From Candidatus Levybacteria bacterium RIFCSPHIGHO2_02_FULL_40_18 (lineage in GTDB: Bacteria > Patescibacteriota > Microgenomatia > Levybacterales > GWA1-39-11): a stretch of DNA of 64,000 nucleotides. Under the pieces are notes generated by a model. It did not search any database, was not told where the DNA came from, and worked only from the letters and a program-made list of their open reading frames with translations. The position numbers were made by a program, and so were the translations under genes. This document shows positions 26,358 through 35,841 of this stretch, in pieces. The stretch is from contig MFOC01000007.1 in NCBI GenBank assembly GCA_001782235.1, positions 251,909-315,908 on the forward strand, in the 5' to 3' direction. Numbering within the stretch: the first letter of the stretch is position 1; the number at the start of each line of letters is the position of its first letter.

Positions 26358-26414
26358 ACTTCGCTTGCAGGCGGGCTCCCTCACTTCATTCAGTCCGCCC
26401 CTCGGGGGTGGACT
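26358..26414. repeat. GC-rich intergenic repeat copy 1, with a 10-bp-stem hairpin at 26392-26414
   Basis: CTTGCAGGCGGGCTCCCTCACTTCATTCAGTCCGCCCC. Second copy at 39851-39896. Hairpin is AGTCCGCCCC-tcg-GGGGTGGACT. Confidence 0.6.
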
Positions 26415-26419
26415 GATTG

Positions 26420-26428
26420 TGGTAAAAT
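26420..26428 (+). promoter_or_regulatory. extended -10 TGG-TAAAAT 13 nt upstream of the mltG GTG start
   Basis: Recurring TGnTAAAAT motif. Confidence 0.45.
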
Positions 26429-26441
26429 ACGTTTTAGTTAC

Positions 26442-27383
26442 GTGAGAAAACTATTTATAGCTTTTATTCTCCTCGGCCTTTTAGCAGCAGGAACGTTTGC
26501 CTATTGGACAATCGGCAACCGGCCGGCAAACCTTTCCGATAAATCAACTAAGATATTCGTAATTCAAAAAGGAGAGTCAATTCGGGAAGTAGGAAGTTCT
26601 CTTAAGAGAGAAGGCTTAATAAAAGATCCGGTGGTTTTCTTTTTATATATAAAGCTCTACGGACAAGATCGTAAAATTCAGGCAGGAGACTATAGACTTT
26701 CTTCCTCAATGACCTTAGCCGCGGTTATTGACGAATTAGGCCACGGAAAACTGGACCGTTGGATAACAATTCCCGAAGGGTATAGAGCTGAAGAAATTGC
26801 CGACGTACTTGAGAAGAACATCCCTTCTTATGACGAGAGCTGGAGAGAAGAACTTAACAAAAATGAAGGTTATCTTTTCCCGGATACTTATCTTATTCCT
26901 CGCGATGCGGATATTGATATGGTTATCTCGACCATGAAGAACAATTTCAACCACAAGATTCAGGAGGCGGGCTTGACGCTTACCGATCAGAATCTTTCAA
27001 GAACCATAATCCTTGCCTCTCTAATTGAGCGCGAGGCCAAAATAAATGAAGAAAAGCCTTTAATCGCGGGCGTAATTAGTAATCGACTAAAAAGGGGGAT
27101 GGCACTTGATATAGACGCAACAATCCAGTATGTCAAAGGTTCCCCCGATAAGTGGTGGCCGCAGATAACATCTTCTGATTACAAAAGTGCCGATTCTTTA
27201 TATAACACCTATCTATACTCTGGTCTTCCACCGGGTCCAATCGCAAACCCAGGAATTGAAGCAATAAAAGCGGCGCAAAACCCACAATCTCATTCATACT
27301 ACTTCTATATTCATTCGGGAGGTAAAATTTATCCTGCTAAAACTATCGAAGAACACCAGAAGAACATTCAAAAGTACCTCTAA
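26442..27383 (+). CDS. mltG: endolytic murein transglycosylase MltG (YceG family)
   Basis: N-terminal TM helix with GDYRL, EGYLFPDTY and GLPPGPI motifs. Confidence 0.8.
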   Translation: MRKLFIAFILLGLLAAGTFAYWTIGNRPANLSDKSTKIFVIQKGESIREVGSSLKREGLIKDPVVFFLYIKLYGQDRKIQAGDYRLSSSMTLAAVIDELGHGKLDRWITIPEGYRAEEIADVLEKNIPSYDESWREELNKNEGYLFPDTYLIPRDADIDMVISTMKNNFNHKIQEAGLTLTDQNLSRTIILASLIEREAKINEEKPLIAGVISNRLKRGMALDIDATIQYVKGSPDKWWPQITSSDYKSADSLYNTYLYSGLPPGPIANPGIEAIKAAQNPQSHSYYFYIHSGGKIYPAKTIEEHQKNIQKYL

Positions 27384-27540
27384 CTTAGCTATTAGCTTTT
27401 GGCTGTTGGCTTTTAGTTTGGGGCTTGACAAACCCTTGGGGTAGGTATATAAATGATAAAACCTTGTTAATGCGAGGAGGTATTTTTTTACCTTTCCTCT
27501 TTTTTTGCGTAAAACAAGCATCTTCTAGAATTTATTTCTG

Positions 27541-30500
27541 ATGGCGGACAAAAAATCTGGGGTTGACCGACAATATTGGGGAAAGATTGAAAAAGCGCTG
27601 CCCAAGCTCGAGCTTTTATCGATTCAAAAGAACTCTTACGATTGGTTTATTCGTGAAGGAATTCGTGAAGTAATTGACGAAATTTCGCCAATTGAAGACT
27701 TTACCGGGAAAAATTGGGAACTTTCACTTGGCGATTACAAACTCTCAGAACCTAAAATCACAGAAGCCCAAGCCATATCAAAAGGCTTAACATACTTTTC
27801 TCCTCTGACGGTTGAAGCAACGTTAATCAATAAAAAAACAGGAAAGAAAGTTTCTCAGAATGTTTTCTTGGGGGAAATCCCAAAAATGACAGATCGCGGA
27901 ACATTTATCATTAATGGAATAGATCGCGTTATAGTAAGTCAAATTGTTCGCTCTCCGGGAGTATTCTTCACAGCAACTGAAGATCCGATAACGGGGAAAA
28001 CTCTATATACGGGAGAAATGAGGCCGGTTCATGGATCTTGGCTTGAATTTTCAACAACAAGAACAGACATGATAGTTGTCCGAATTGATAGGCGAAAAAA
28101 GTTTTTAGCTTCAGTTTTCTTGAAAGCATTGGGTATCCCAAGCAATGAAGAAATTTATGAAAGATTTAAAGGGCTCCGACCCGGAGAGTCTCCCGACTCA
28201 GAAAGAGAAGGCTCCGCCCCGGAGGGAGTAGAGATGTCGGAAACTTACATAAAAAACACTATCGAAAAAGACGATACTCGAGGCGAAGCGGACGCTTTAA
28301 TTGAGATATTTAAGAAGATGAATCCGGGAGAGCCTGTTGTTATAGATACAATTAGACAAAACTTCCGCGATTCCTTTTTTGACAGAAGAAGATATGACCT
28401 ATCACGTGTCGGAAGGTACAAGGTAAACAAAAAACTTTCCCAAATTCCAAGTTTTGTCCCACAAGAAAGCTATACATTAACGGTTAATGATGTTTTGGGG
28501 ATTACATCCTATCTTATTGGTTTGTCCCAAGGCAATGGGAAAATTGACGATATAGATCATTTGGCAAACAGGCGCATCCGGTCGGTTGGAGAACTTGTCC
28601 AAACAACAGCTTTTCGCGTGGGGGCGCTTAGGCTCGAGCGAATTATTAAAGAAAAAATGAGCCTTGCCTCAACCGAAGAGCAATATTTACCCTCCCACTT
28701 TATTAATGCCCATCCGATAATTGCGGCAATTAATGAATTTTTCAGAACTTCACAGCTCTCGGCAATTCTTGACCAGACAAATCCATTATCCGAGATCGAC
28801 AACATAAGACGTTTAACAGTTATGGGTACGGGAGGAATATCAAGGGAACGCGCCTCTTTCTCAATTCGTGATATAAACTCTTCCCAGTACTCAAGAATTT
28901 GCCCGGTCAGATCCCCCGAGGGCCCCAATATTGGTTTGGTTACATATCTTGCCCTTTATGCAAGAGTAAACGATTACGGGTTTCTTGAAGCGCCGTATAA
29001 AAAGGTTATAAAAGAAAAAAAGGGCAGAAAAGAGATTTCAAAAATTACTTCCGAAATAGTTTATATGGACGCAGGAGAAGAGGCAGATCATTATGTAACG
29101 CATGCCGATATTAGAATTGACCCTCGCGGCTATATTTTAGATGATCTTGTTCCGGCAAGATATAATGGAGAGTATCTTGAGGTAGAAAAAGAGAAAATCG
29201 AATTTATTGACGTTATCCCAAGGCAGGTTGTGGGAACCTCTGCCGCACTTATTCCATTTATAGATCATGACGAAGCAAATCGCGCACTAATGGGTACTCA
29301 TATGCAGTGCCAGGCAGTGCCTCTTGTCCGAAGCGAGAGCCCGATCATTGGAACAGGCATGGAGGCAACCGTATCGCAAGCTATGTCAAGAGTGATAAGG
29401 GCTCCATTTGATGGACAAGTAGCTTATATTGATGCAAATCGCGTTATATTAAAAGGGAGAGGTCGTGGTCAGGAAGAAACTTTTACGATAAATAAATTTA
29501 AGAGAACTTCAAACAATACTTTATTCAATCAAAAACCTGTTGTAGTTTCCGGTCAGCGCGTTAAGAAAGGAGATATTTTAATAGACGGACCGGCTTCTAA
29601 AAATGGGGAATTGGCTTTGGGAAAAAACTTGGTTATTGCCTATGCGTCTTTTGACGGGCTTGGGTACGAGGATGCCATTGTAATCTCAGACAGACTTGTT
29701 CGTGATGATTCTCTTACCTCCGTTCATATAGAAAAATACGAAGCAACGGTTGTTGACACGAAACTTGGGCCTGAGGAGACTACGCGGGATATCCCAAATG
29801 TTGCGGAGGAGGACCTTGCAAACCTTGATGAGGACGGCATTGTTGTAGTTGGGTCAGAAGTCAAGCCGGGAGACATCTTGGTTGGAAAAATTGCCCCAAA
29901 GGGCGAGACGGAATTAACTGCGGAGGAAAGACTACTCCGTGCAATCTTTGGGGAAAAAGCAAGGGAAGTCCGCGACACTTCTCTTCGAATGCCGCACGGC
30001 GAGCATGGAATCGTTACAAATGTTCAAATTCTTGATCGCGCCCGCGGAGATGAACTTGAGCCCGGAACAATACGAAAAATCCAAATTGAAGTTGCACAAA
30101 TCAGACATGTTGTAGTAGGAGATAAACTTGCCGGTCGTCATGGGAATAAGGGGGTTATTTCAAAAATAGTTCCTGAGGCCGATATGCCATATCTTGAAGA
30201 TGGGGTGCCGGTTGATATTATTATTTCCCCAATATCAGTTTTGGGTCGTATGAATCTTGGTCAGCTTCTTGAGGCACATCTTGGCCTTGCGGCAAAAAAA
30301 CTAAATATGGAAATTGCGCTTCCGGTTTTTGAGAAGATGAGCGAAGAACAATACCTAGATCTTTTGAAAAAAGCAAAGCTCCCGGTTAATGGAAAGATGA
30401 AGCTTTATGATGCAAGGACGGGGGAGCCATATGAGAATGATGTAGTCGTTGGAATTGGATATATTATGAAACTTATCCACATGGTTGAGGATAAAGCTCA

Positions 30501-30951
30501 CGCACGGTCAACCGGCCCGTACTCTCTTGTCACTCAACAGCCGCTCGGAGGGAAAGCTCAGATGGGAGGACAGCGTCTTGGAGAAATGGAAGTATGGGCA
30601 CTTGAAGCACACCGGGCAGCATATTCACTTCAGGAAATGTTGACAATAAAAAGCGATGATGTTTCGGGACGAGCTCGCGCTTTTGAAGCAATTATTAAGT
30701 CTGTTGATATTCCAACTCCAAAAGTTCCGGAATCGTTTAAAGTTTTAATTAGGGAATTACAGTCACTGTCTCTTAATATAATACCTGAACAGGCAGTGAT
30801 AGTAGAAGAAAAAGAAGATGAGATGACAGAACGTCAGGAAGAAATAAGAGAGGAGGCAAAAGAGCTTCAAAAGGAGCTCTCAGGCATTGAGGTAACCTCG
30901 GAATCTGAGGCCGTTCGATCATTAGGAGAAGAAGAGATTCCGCAGGGGTAA
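27541..30951 (+). CDS. rpoB: DNA-directed RNA polymerase subunit beta
   Basis: 1136 aa with conserved beta-subunit motifs. Contains the GC-rich in-frame insert at 28171-28232. Confidence 0.95.
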   Translation: MADKKSGVDRQYWGKIEKALPKLELLSIQKNSYDWFIREGIREVIDEISPIEDFTGKNWELSLGDYKLSEPKITEAQAISKGLTYFSPLTVEATLINKKTGKKVSQNVFLGEIPKMTDRGTFIINGIDRVIVSQIVRSPGVFFTATEDPITGKTLYTGEMRPVHGSWLEFSTTRTDMIVVRIDRRKKFLASVFLKALGIPSNEEIYERFKGLRPGESPDSEREGSAPEGVEMSETYIKNTIEKDDTRGEADALIEIFKKMNPGEPVVIDTIRQNFRDSFFDRRRYDLSRVGRYKVNKKLSQIPSFVPQESYTLTVNDVLGITSYLIGLSQGNGKIDDIDHLANRRIRSVGELVQTTAFRVGALRLERIIKEKMSLASTEEQYLPSHFINAHPIIAAINEFFRTSQLSAILDQTNPLSEIDNIRRLTVMGTGGISRERASFSIRDINSSQYSRICPVRSPEGPNIGLVTYLALYARVNDYGFLEAPYKKVIKEKKGRKEISKITSEIVYMDAGEEADHYVTHADIRIDPRGYILDDLVPARYNGEYLEVEKEKIEFIDVIPRQVVGTSAALIPFIDHDEANRALMGTHMQCQAVPLVRSESPIIGTGMEATVSQAMSRVIRAPFDGQVAYIDANRVILKGRGRGQEETFTINKFKRTSNNTLFNQKPVVVSGQRVKKGDILIDGPASKNGELALGKNLVIAYASFDGLGYEDAIVISDRLVRDDSLTSVHIEKYEATVVDTKLGPEETTRDIPNVAEEDLANLDEDGIVVVGSEVKPGDILVGKIAPKGETELTAEERLLRAIFGEKAREVRDTSLRMPHGEHGIVTNVQILDRARGDELEPGTIRKIQIEVAQIRHVVVGDKLAGRHGNKGVISKIVPEADMPYLEDGVPVDIIISPISVLGRMNLGQLLEAHLGLAAKKLNMEIALPVFEKMSEEQYLDLLKKAKLPVNGKMKLYDARTGEPYENDVVVGIGYIMKLIHMVEDKAHARSTGPYSLVTQQPLGGKAQMGGQRLGEMEVWALEAHRAAYSLQEMLTIKSDDVSGRARAFEAIIKSVDIPTPKVPESFKVLIRELQSLSLNIIPEQAVIVEEKEDEMTERQEEIREEAKELQKELSGIEVTSESEAVRSLGEEEIPQG
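28171..28232 (+). repeat. GC-rich in-frame insert in rpoB with two CCGG-CCGGAG-G half-sites
   Basis: GGCTCCGACCCGGAGAG...GGCTCCGCCCCGGAGGGAG encoding LRPGESPDSEREGSAPEG. Resembles the infA and hypothetical-gene inserts. Confidence 0.45.
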
Positions 30952-30954
30952 AAA

Positions 30955-30996
30955 ATCGGGGCCCCCATTTTGCTTGCCAAAATGGGGAAAAACATT
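30955..30996 (+). promoter_or_regulatory. conserved hairpin element (copy 1) immediately upstream of the rpoC start
   Basis: AATCGGGGCCCCCATTTTG-cttgc-CAAAATGGGGAAAAACATT. 10-bp stem with a G-rich 3' arm 9 nt before the ATG. Confidence 0.55.
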
Positions 30997-33900
30997 ATGG
31001 ACGATAAAAATCTTAGGAGGGACAAAAAATTTGATGCAATAAATATTGCAGACTTTAAAGGTCTTAGAATCTTAGTTGCAGAACCTGAGAATATAAGACA
31101 GTATTCGTATGGCGAGGTCACGAAACCTGAGACGATTAACTATAGAACATATAGACCTGAGAAGGACGGACTTTTTGATGAAAGAATCTTTGGTCCCACT
31201 CGAGACTTTGAATGTTATTGTGGAAAATACAAAAGAATTAGATACAAAGGAATAATTTGTGATAGATGTGGCGTTGAGGTTACATACTCGAGGGTAAGGC
31301 GTGAGCGAATGGGGCATATATCCCTTGCCTCACCGGTTGTCCACATCTGGTTTTCAAAAGGAAGTCCGTCAAAGCTTTCTACCCTCCTTGATATCCCTCA
31401 AAAAGATTTAGAATCGGTAATATATTTTGCCTCTTATTTAGTCATTAAAATGGACGAAGACAAGAGGAAGGAAGCACAAAAAGCTATATCTAAAATTAAA
31501 GAAGAACGAATAAAAAGCTTAAAAGATCAGGCGGCTTCGGAATTAAAAACCCTAGAGAAAGAAGAGCGCGAGCGCGTGAAGGATGTAAAAAAGAGTCTTT
31601 CGAAGGAGCAGAAAGAGCTTGTTCTTGAGGAAACAGATATCGCATACAAGCAGAAAAAGAATCTTCTTGAAAAAAGAGTCGAAACCGAGGTGGCAAGAAC
31701 AGAAGAGATATTTGTGAGGGTAAGTGAAATTATCAAGGGGCTTAAGATTTGGAATGTTCTCTCAGAAGAAGAGTATGTGAGACTTATTGAATATGATATT
31801 CCCCTATTCTTTGAAGTAGAAACAGGGGCCTCGGCTGTGCTCCATGCGATTGAATCAATAGACTTTTCAAAACTTATCGGAGAGTTACGGGAAGAGGTAG
31901 CAAAATCCACAAGCCAAAAGCAATTGAAACTCATGAAGAGACAGCATCTAATTGAGTCTATGAATGCGGCAGGTTTTAAGCCAACCGCTTTAGTTCTTGA
32001 AGTTCTTCCGGTTCTACCGCCTGATCTTCGCCCCATGGTCCAGCTAAACGGCGGCAGATTTGCAACATCGGACCTTAATGATTTGTATCGCCGCGTTATC
32101 AACAGGAATAATAGGCTTAAGCATCTCATATCTTTGGGCGCGCCCGAAATAATACTTCGAAATGAAAAAAGAATGTTGCAGGAGTCTGTTGATTACCTTA
32201 TAGATACCTCCATCAGAACGTCTCAGACCCAGAAACAATTTAAGTCTCTTTCAGATATTCTTCGTGGCAAACAGGGAAGATTTAGAAAGAATCTTCTTGG
32301 AAAGAGAGTTGATTATTCGGGACGTTCTGTCATCATTGTTGGTCCCGAGCTCACACTTAATCAATGTGGTCTTCCAAAAGAAATGGCGCTTGAATTGTTT
32401 AAGCCGTTTGTAATTCGTGAAGTTATCTCGCGCGGTTTAACAACGCCCAATGTAAAAGCAGCAAAAAGATTTATAGAAAGAAGAAGTCCTGAGATTTTCG
32501 ATATTTTAGAGGAAATTACAAAGAATCATCCCGTGCTTTTAAACCGTGCCCCAACTCTTCATAAACTTGGCATGCAGGCATTTTATCCGGTTCTTGTTGA
32601 AGGATCTGCCATAAAGATTCATCCCTGTGTCTGCGCCGGGTACAATGCCGATTTTGACGGAGACCAGATGGCAATTCACGTACCGCTCTCATCTCGCGCA
32701 CAAGAGGAAGCAATTAACCTCATGATGCCGGCTCACAACCTTTTAAAACCTGCGGACGGCGCACCTATCACTCTTCCGAATAAGGAAATGGCGCTTGGAG
32801 CATTCTATCTGACAAGCGTTGACGAGAGACTTAGGCCGCAAGATGGCAATCTTCATATTTTTTCTGATGAAAAGGAAGCTTATCTTGCTTTTTCGCTTAA
32901 GAAAATTTCACTTCGCGGGCCCATAAGAGTAAAGATAAATGGCGAGGTTATTGAAACTACAATAGGAAGAATAATTTTTAATGAGAAATTGCCGCAAGAA
33001 ATGAAATTCATAAATTATGAAGTAAAAGCCTCAACGATTAAAAATCTCGTAACGCAAGCAATGGTGAATCTTACATCTTCTGAAGTCGCAAATCTTATTG
33101 ATAATCTTAAAGAGATCGGTTTTTATGCTGCAACAATTTCTGGAATATCTATTTCTACTTTTGATTTAAAGAGGCTTCTTAACAAAGAAGAATTAATTGC
33201 CGAGGCGGAAGAAAAAATTAAAGAGATAGATGAGGAGTACCAAAACGGTCTTATTACAAATCTTGAGCAGCGAAGGCTTTCTAATAACGTTTGGCTTGAC
33301 ATTACAGATAAAATGGCAAATCTTACCTGGGAGTTGTTTGATAAGAACGATATTGTTAGAATCATTGCGGAATCGGGTGGTGCGAGAGCAGGTAAAGATC
33401 AGATCAAGCAGCTTGCAGCAATGCGTGGATTGATTTATGATCCCTTGGGACGAATCGTTGAGCTTCCGATAAAATCTAATTTCCGAGAAGGACTTTCGAT
33501 CTTTGAATATGTTAATTCTGCCCGCGGTTCAAGAAAGGGACTGACAGATTCGGCACTGAAAACCGCAGACGCCGGATATTTAACCCGCCGCTTGGTAGAC
33601 GTTGCGCATGATGTAATAATTCGGAAAGATAATTGTCAGGTTGATGAAGGGATTGTTGTTCAGAGACGAGATGACGAGTCATACATGACAAGTATGCTGC
33701 TCGGCCGCGTGGCTTTGCGTGATGTGACAAGCAAAAAAGACAAGAAGACAATAGCCAAAAAAGGTTCTGAGATTGACTATGAGGTACTCCATAAAATAAT
33801 TAAAGACGATAGTATAGGCGAAATATCCGTTCGTTCTCCTCTTTATTGTAAACTGCGTTATGGCGTTTGCGCCACATGCTACGGTTGGGATCTGTCATCT

Positions 33901-34767
33901 TATAAACGAGCAGATAAAGGAACTCCGGTTGGTGTTATTGCCGCACAAAGCATTGGAGAACCTGGGACTCAGCTTACAATGAGAGTAAAACATTTTGGAG
34001 GAGTTGTTATGTCCGACGTAACACAAGGGTTGCCTCGCGTTGAGGAATTATTTGAAGTAAGGCGGCCAAAGATCTTGGCGCCAATTGCTGAGATCTCAGG
34101 GAAAGTTCAGGTAAACAAGGTGGAAGATGGATATGTAATTAGAATTCGAAATTCCCGTGCAAAAATCGTTGACGAGAGAGAATATTTTGCACCTTTGACC
34201 GCAACACTTCTTGTGTCAGATGGAGAAACTATTGCACAAGGAACACAGTTATGCGAAGGATATCTTGATCCAAGAGATGTTCTTAAGATTTCGGGACTCA
34301 GATCGGCTCAGCAGTACCTAATTTCGCAGATCCAAGGCGTCTATGAGTCTCAAGGAATTTCCATTCACTACAAACATTTTGAGACCATAGTACGTAAAAT
34401 GTCAGATAAAGTTATGATCGAGACTCCGGGAGACACATCCTTAATGCCTGGAGATCTGGCTTCAAAACTTCGCTTTGAAGAGGAGAATGCGAATGTCATT
34501 TCTGAGGGAGGGGAACCCGCATCTGCTCGAGAAATAGTCCTTGGAATTACAAAGGCTTCCCTCGTTACAGATTCCTGGCTGTCTGCTGCTTCATTCCAGG
34601 AAACAACCCAGGTATTAACCGAAGCCGCTCTTGAAGGCCGCGTGGATAATTTAGTTGGGCTTAAGGAGAATGTTATAGTTGGACGTCTTATTCCTGTCCG
34701 CGAAGAGTTTATTGAAGGAGACGTCGTTGAGCAAAAGCAGGAATCGAAGCCAATTTCTAATTCCTAA
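30997..34767 (+). CDS. rpoC: DNA-directed RNA polymerase subunit beta'
   Basis: Zn-finger CYCGKYKRIRYKGIICDRCGV and NADFDGD catalytic motif. Start set at MDDKN by alignment to known RpoC N-termini. The track start at 30970 (TTG) lies inside the hairpin. Confidence 0.95.
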   Translation: MDDKNLRRDKKFDAINIADFKGLRILVAEPENIRQYSYGEVTKPETINYRTYRPEKDGLFDERIFGPTRDFECYCGKYKRIRYKGIICDRCGVEVTYSRVRRERMGHISLASPVVHIWFSKGSPSKLSTLLDIPQKDLESVIYFASYLVIKMDEDKRKEAQKAISKIKEERIKSLKDQAASELKTLEKEERERVKDVKKSLSKEQKELVLEETDIAYKQKKNLLEKRVETEVARTEEIFVRVSEIIKGLKIWNVLSEEEYVRLIEYDIPLFFEVETGASAVLHAIESIDFSKLIGELREEVAKSTSQKQLKLMKRQHLIESMNAAGFKPTALVLEVLPVLPPDLRPMVQLNGGRFATSDLNDLYRRVINRNNRLKHLISLGAPEIILRNEKRMLQESVDYLIDTSIRTSQTQKQFKSLSDILRGKQGRFRKNLLGKRVDYSGRSVIIVGPELTLNQCGLPKEMALELFKPFVIREVISRGLTTPNVKAAKRFIERRSPEIFDILEEITKNHPVLLNRAPTLHKLGMQAFYPVLVEGSAIKIHPCVCAGYNADFDGDQMAIHVPLSSRAQEEAINLMMPAHNLLKPADGAPITLPNKEMALGAFYLTSVDERLRPQDGNLHIFSDEKEAYLAFSLKKISLRGPIRVKINGEVIETTIGRIIFNEKLPQEMKFINYEVKASTIKNLVTQAMVNLTSSEVANLIDNLKEIGFYAATISGISISTFDLKRLLNKEELIAEAEEKIKEIDEEYQNGLITNLEQRRLSNNVWLDITDKMANLTWELFDKNDIVRIIAESGGARAGKDQIKQLAAMRGLIYDPLGRIVELPIKSNFREGLSIFEYVNSARGSRKGLTDSALKTADAGYLTRRLVDVAHDVIIRKDNCQVDEGIVVQRRDDESYMTSMLLGRVALRDVTSKKDKKTIAKKGSEIDYEVLHKIIKDDSIGEISVRSPLYCKLRYGVCATCYGWDLSSYKRADKGTPVGVIAAQSIGEPGTQLTMRVKHFGGVVMSDVTQGLPRVEELFEVRRPKILAPIAEISGKVQVNKVEDGYVIRIRNSRAKIVDEREYFAPLTATLLVSDGETIAQGTQLCEGYLDPRDVLKISGLRSAQQYLISQIQGVYESQGISIHYKHFETIVRKMSDKVMIETPGDTSLMPGDLASKLRFEEENANVISEGGEPASAREIVLGITKASLVTDSWLSAASFQETTQVLTEAALEGRVDNLVGLKENVIVGRLIPVREEFIEGDVVEQKQESKPISNS

Positions 34768-34927
34768 TTACTAATTAACCTAATCAATCCCCAATTTAAA
34801 AAATTCCCAATTGTTTAGAAATTAGGAATTAGGTCAATTAGACAATTTGCAAACTATACTGCACAACGGAGGAATTAAGGATAGATAGCTAGTAATTTAG
34901 GGAAAAATGAGGTAAAATACGTCAATT

Positions 34928-35350
34928 ATGCCAACACTTAATCAGTTAGTAAGAAAAGGTAGATCACGAAAGTCAAAAAAAGTTAAAGCAACGGGGTTGC
35001 GTACTATCTTTAATGCCAAAATAAGGCGCTATACTCAAGTTCCTTCTCCTCAAAAAAGAGGAGTAGTAACTTTGGTTCGTACAATGACGCCTAAAAAGCC
35101 GAATTCGGCTCTCCGAAAAGTTGCAAGAATCAAACTATCAAATAGAGAGGAAGTTACTGCCTATATTCAAGGCATTGGACACAATTTAGCAGAACACGGG
35201 ATAGTTCTGGTTCGCGGCGGCCGTGTTAAGGACTTGCCGGGAGTAAAATACCATTTGGTTCGCGGCAAGTTTGATCTTGCAGGAGTTGAAGGCCGTAGAA
35301 GTTCAAGAAGCCGTTACGGCACAAAGCGCCCTGGCGCAGCCGCAGCATAG
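34928..35350 (+). CDS. rpsL: 30S ribosomal protein S12
   Basis: Typical S12 sequence ([11 protein letters not shown]). Confidence 0.95.
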   Translation: MPTLNQLVRKGRSRKSKKVKATGLRTIFNAKIRRYTQVPSPQKRGVVTLVRTMTPKKPNSALRKVARIKLSNREEVTAYIQGIGHNLAEHGIVLVRGGRVKDLPGVKYHLVRGKFDLAGVEGRRSSRSRYGTKRPGAAAA

Positions 35351-35355
35351 AAAAT

Positions 35356-35832
35356 ATGGCAAGGGGAGGAGCAAATTTTAAAAGGAGAGTACCACAAACT
35401 GACCCAATTTATGGGAACGTTTTAGTGGCAAAATTCATAAATCGCTTAATGCGCAGTGGTAAGAAGTCAGTTGCTCAAAGAGTTGTTTATGATGCATTCG
35501 AGCTACTTAAAAAAGAGGGTGACCCCGTAAATATTTTTGAACAGGCAATTGATACTGTAGGTCCAAAGCAAGAAGTTAAAGCAAGAAGGATTGGGGGGGC
35601 AGCATATCAGGTTCCGCAAGAAGTTCGCGGTCCAAGAAGGGTAGCTTTAGCAATCCGCTGGATTCTTGAAGCAGCAGCAAAAAGACCAACAGCAGAACAC
35701 AAATCATTCGCATCAAAGCTTGCAGCAGAACTTAAGGATGCCTCTCAAAATCTCGGAGAAGCAGTAAGGAAAAGGGACATCGCCCACCGCATGGCCGACG
35801 CAAATAAGGCTTTTGCTCACTTCCGCTGGTAA
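35356..35832 (+). CDS. rpsG: 30S ribosomal protein S7
   Basis: Typical S7 sequence. Follows rpsL. Confidence 0.95.
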   Translation: MARGGANFKRRVPQTDPIYGNVLVAKFINRLMRSGKKSVAQRVVYDAFELLKKEGDPVNIFEQAIDTVGPKQEVKARRIGGAAYQVPQEVRGPRRVALAIRWILEAAAKRPTAEHKSFASKLAAELKDASQNLGEAVRKRDIAHRMADANKAFAHFRW

Positions 35833-35841
35833 ACTCCGGGA

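Noticed and set aside
30970-30996. ORF-track N-terminal extensions of rpoC (TTG 30970), rpsM (60625), fusA (37591), tuf (46494), rpsJ (47800), rpsC (51916), rpsN (55032), rplD (49116) and ftsK (13220)
   Set aside because: Alignment to known N-termini of these families places the starts further downstream. The extensions run through conserved non-coding hairpin or promoter elements or through the preceding gene.
31527-32129. 200-aa minus-strand ORF inside rpoC and similar antisense ORFs inside rpoB, alaS, nth, pnp and the phosphorylase gene
   Set aside because: They overlap highly conserved essential genes on the opposite strand. Their products have S/R/F-rich low-complexity composition typical of antisense frames.
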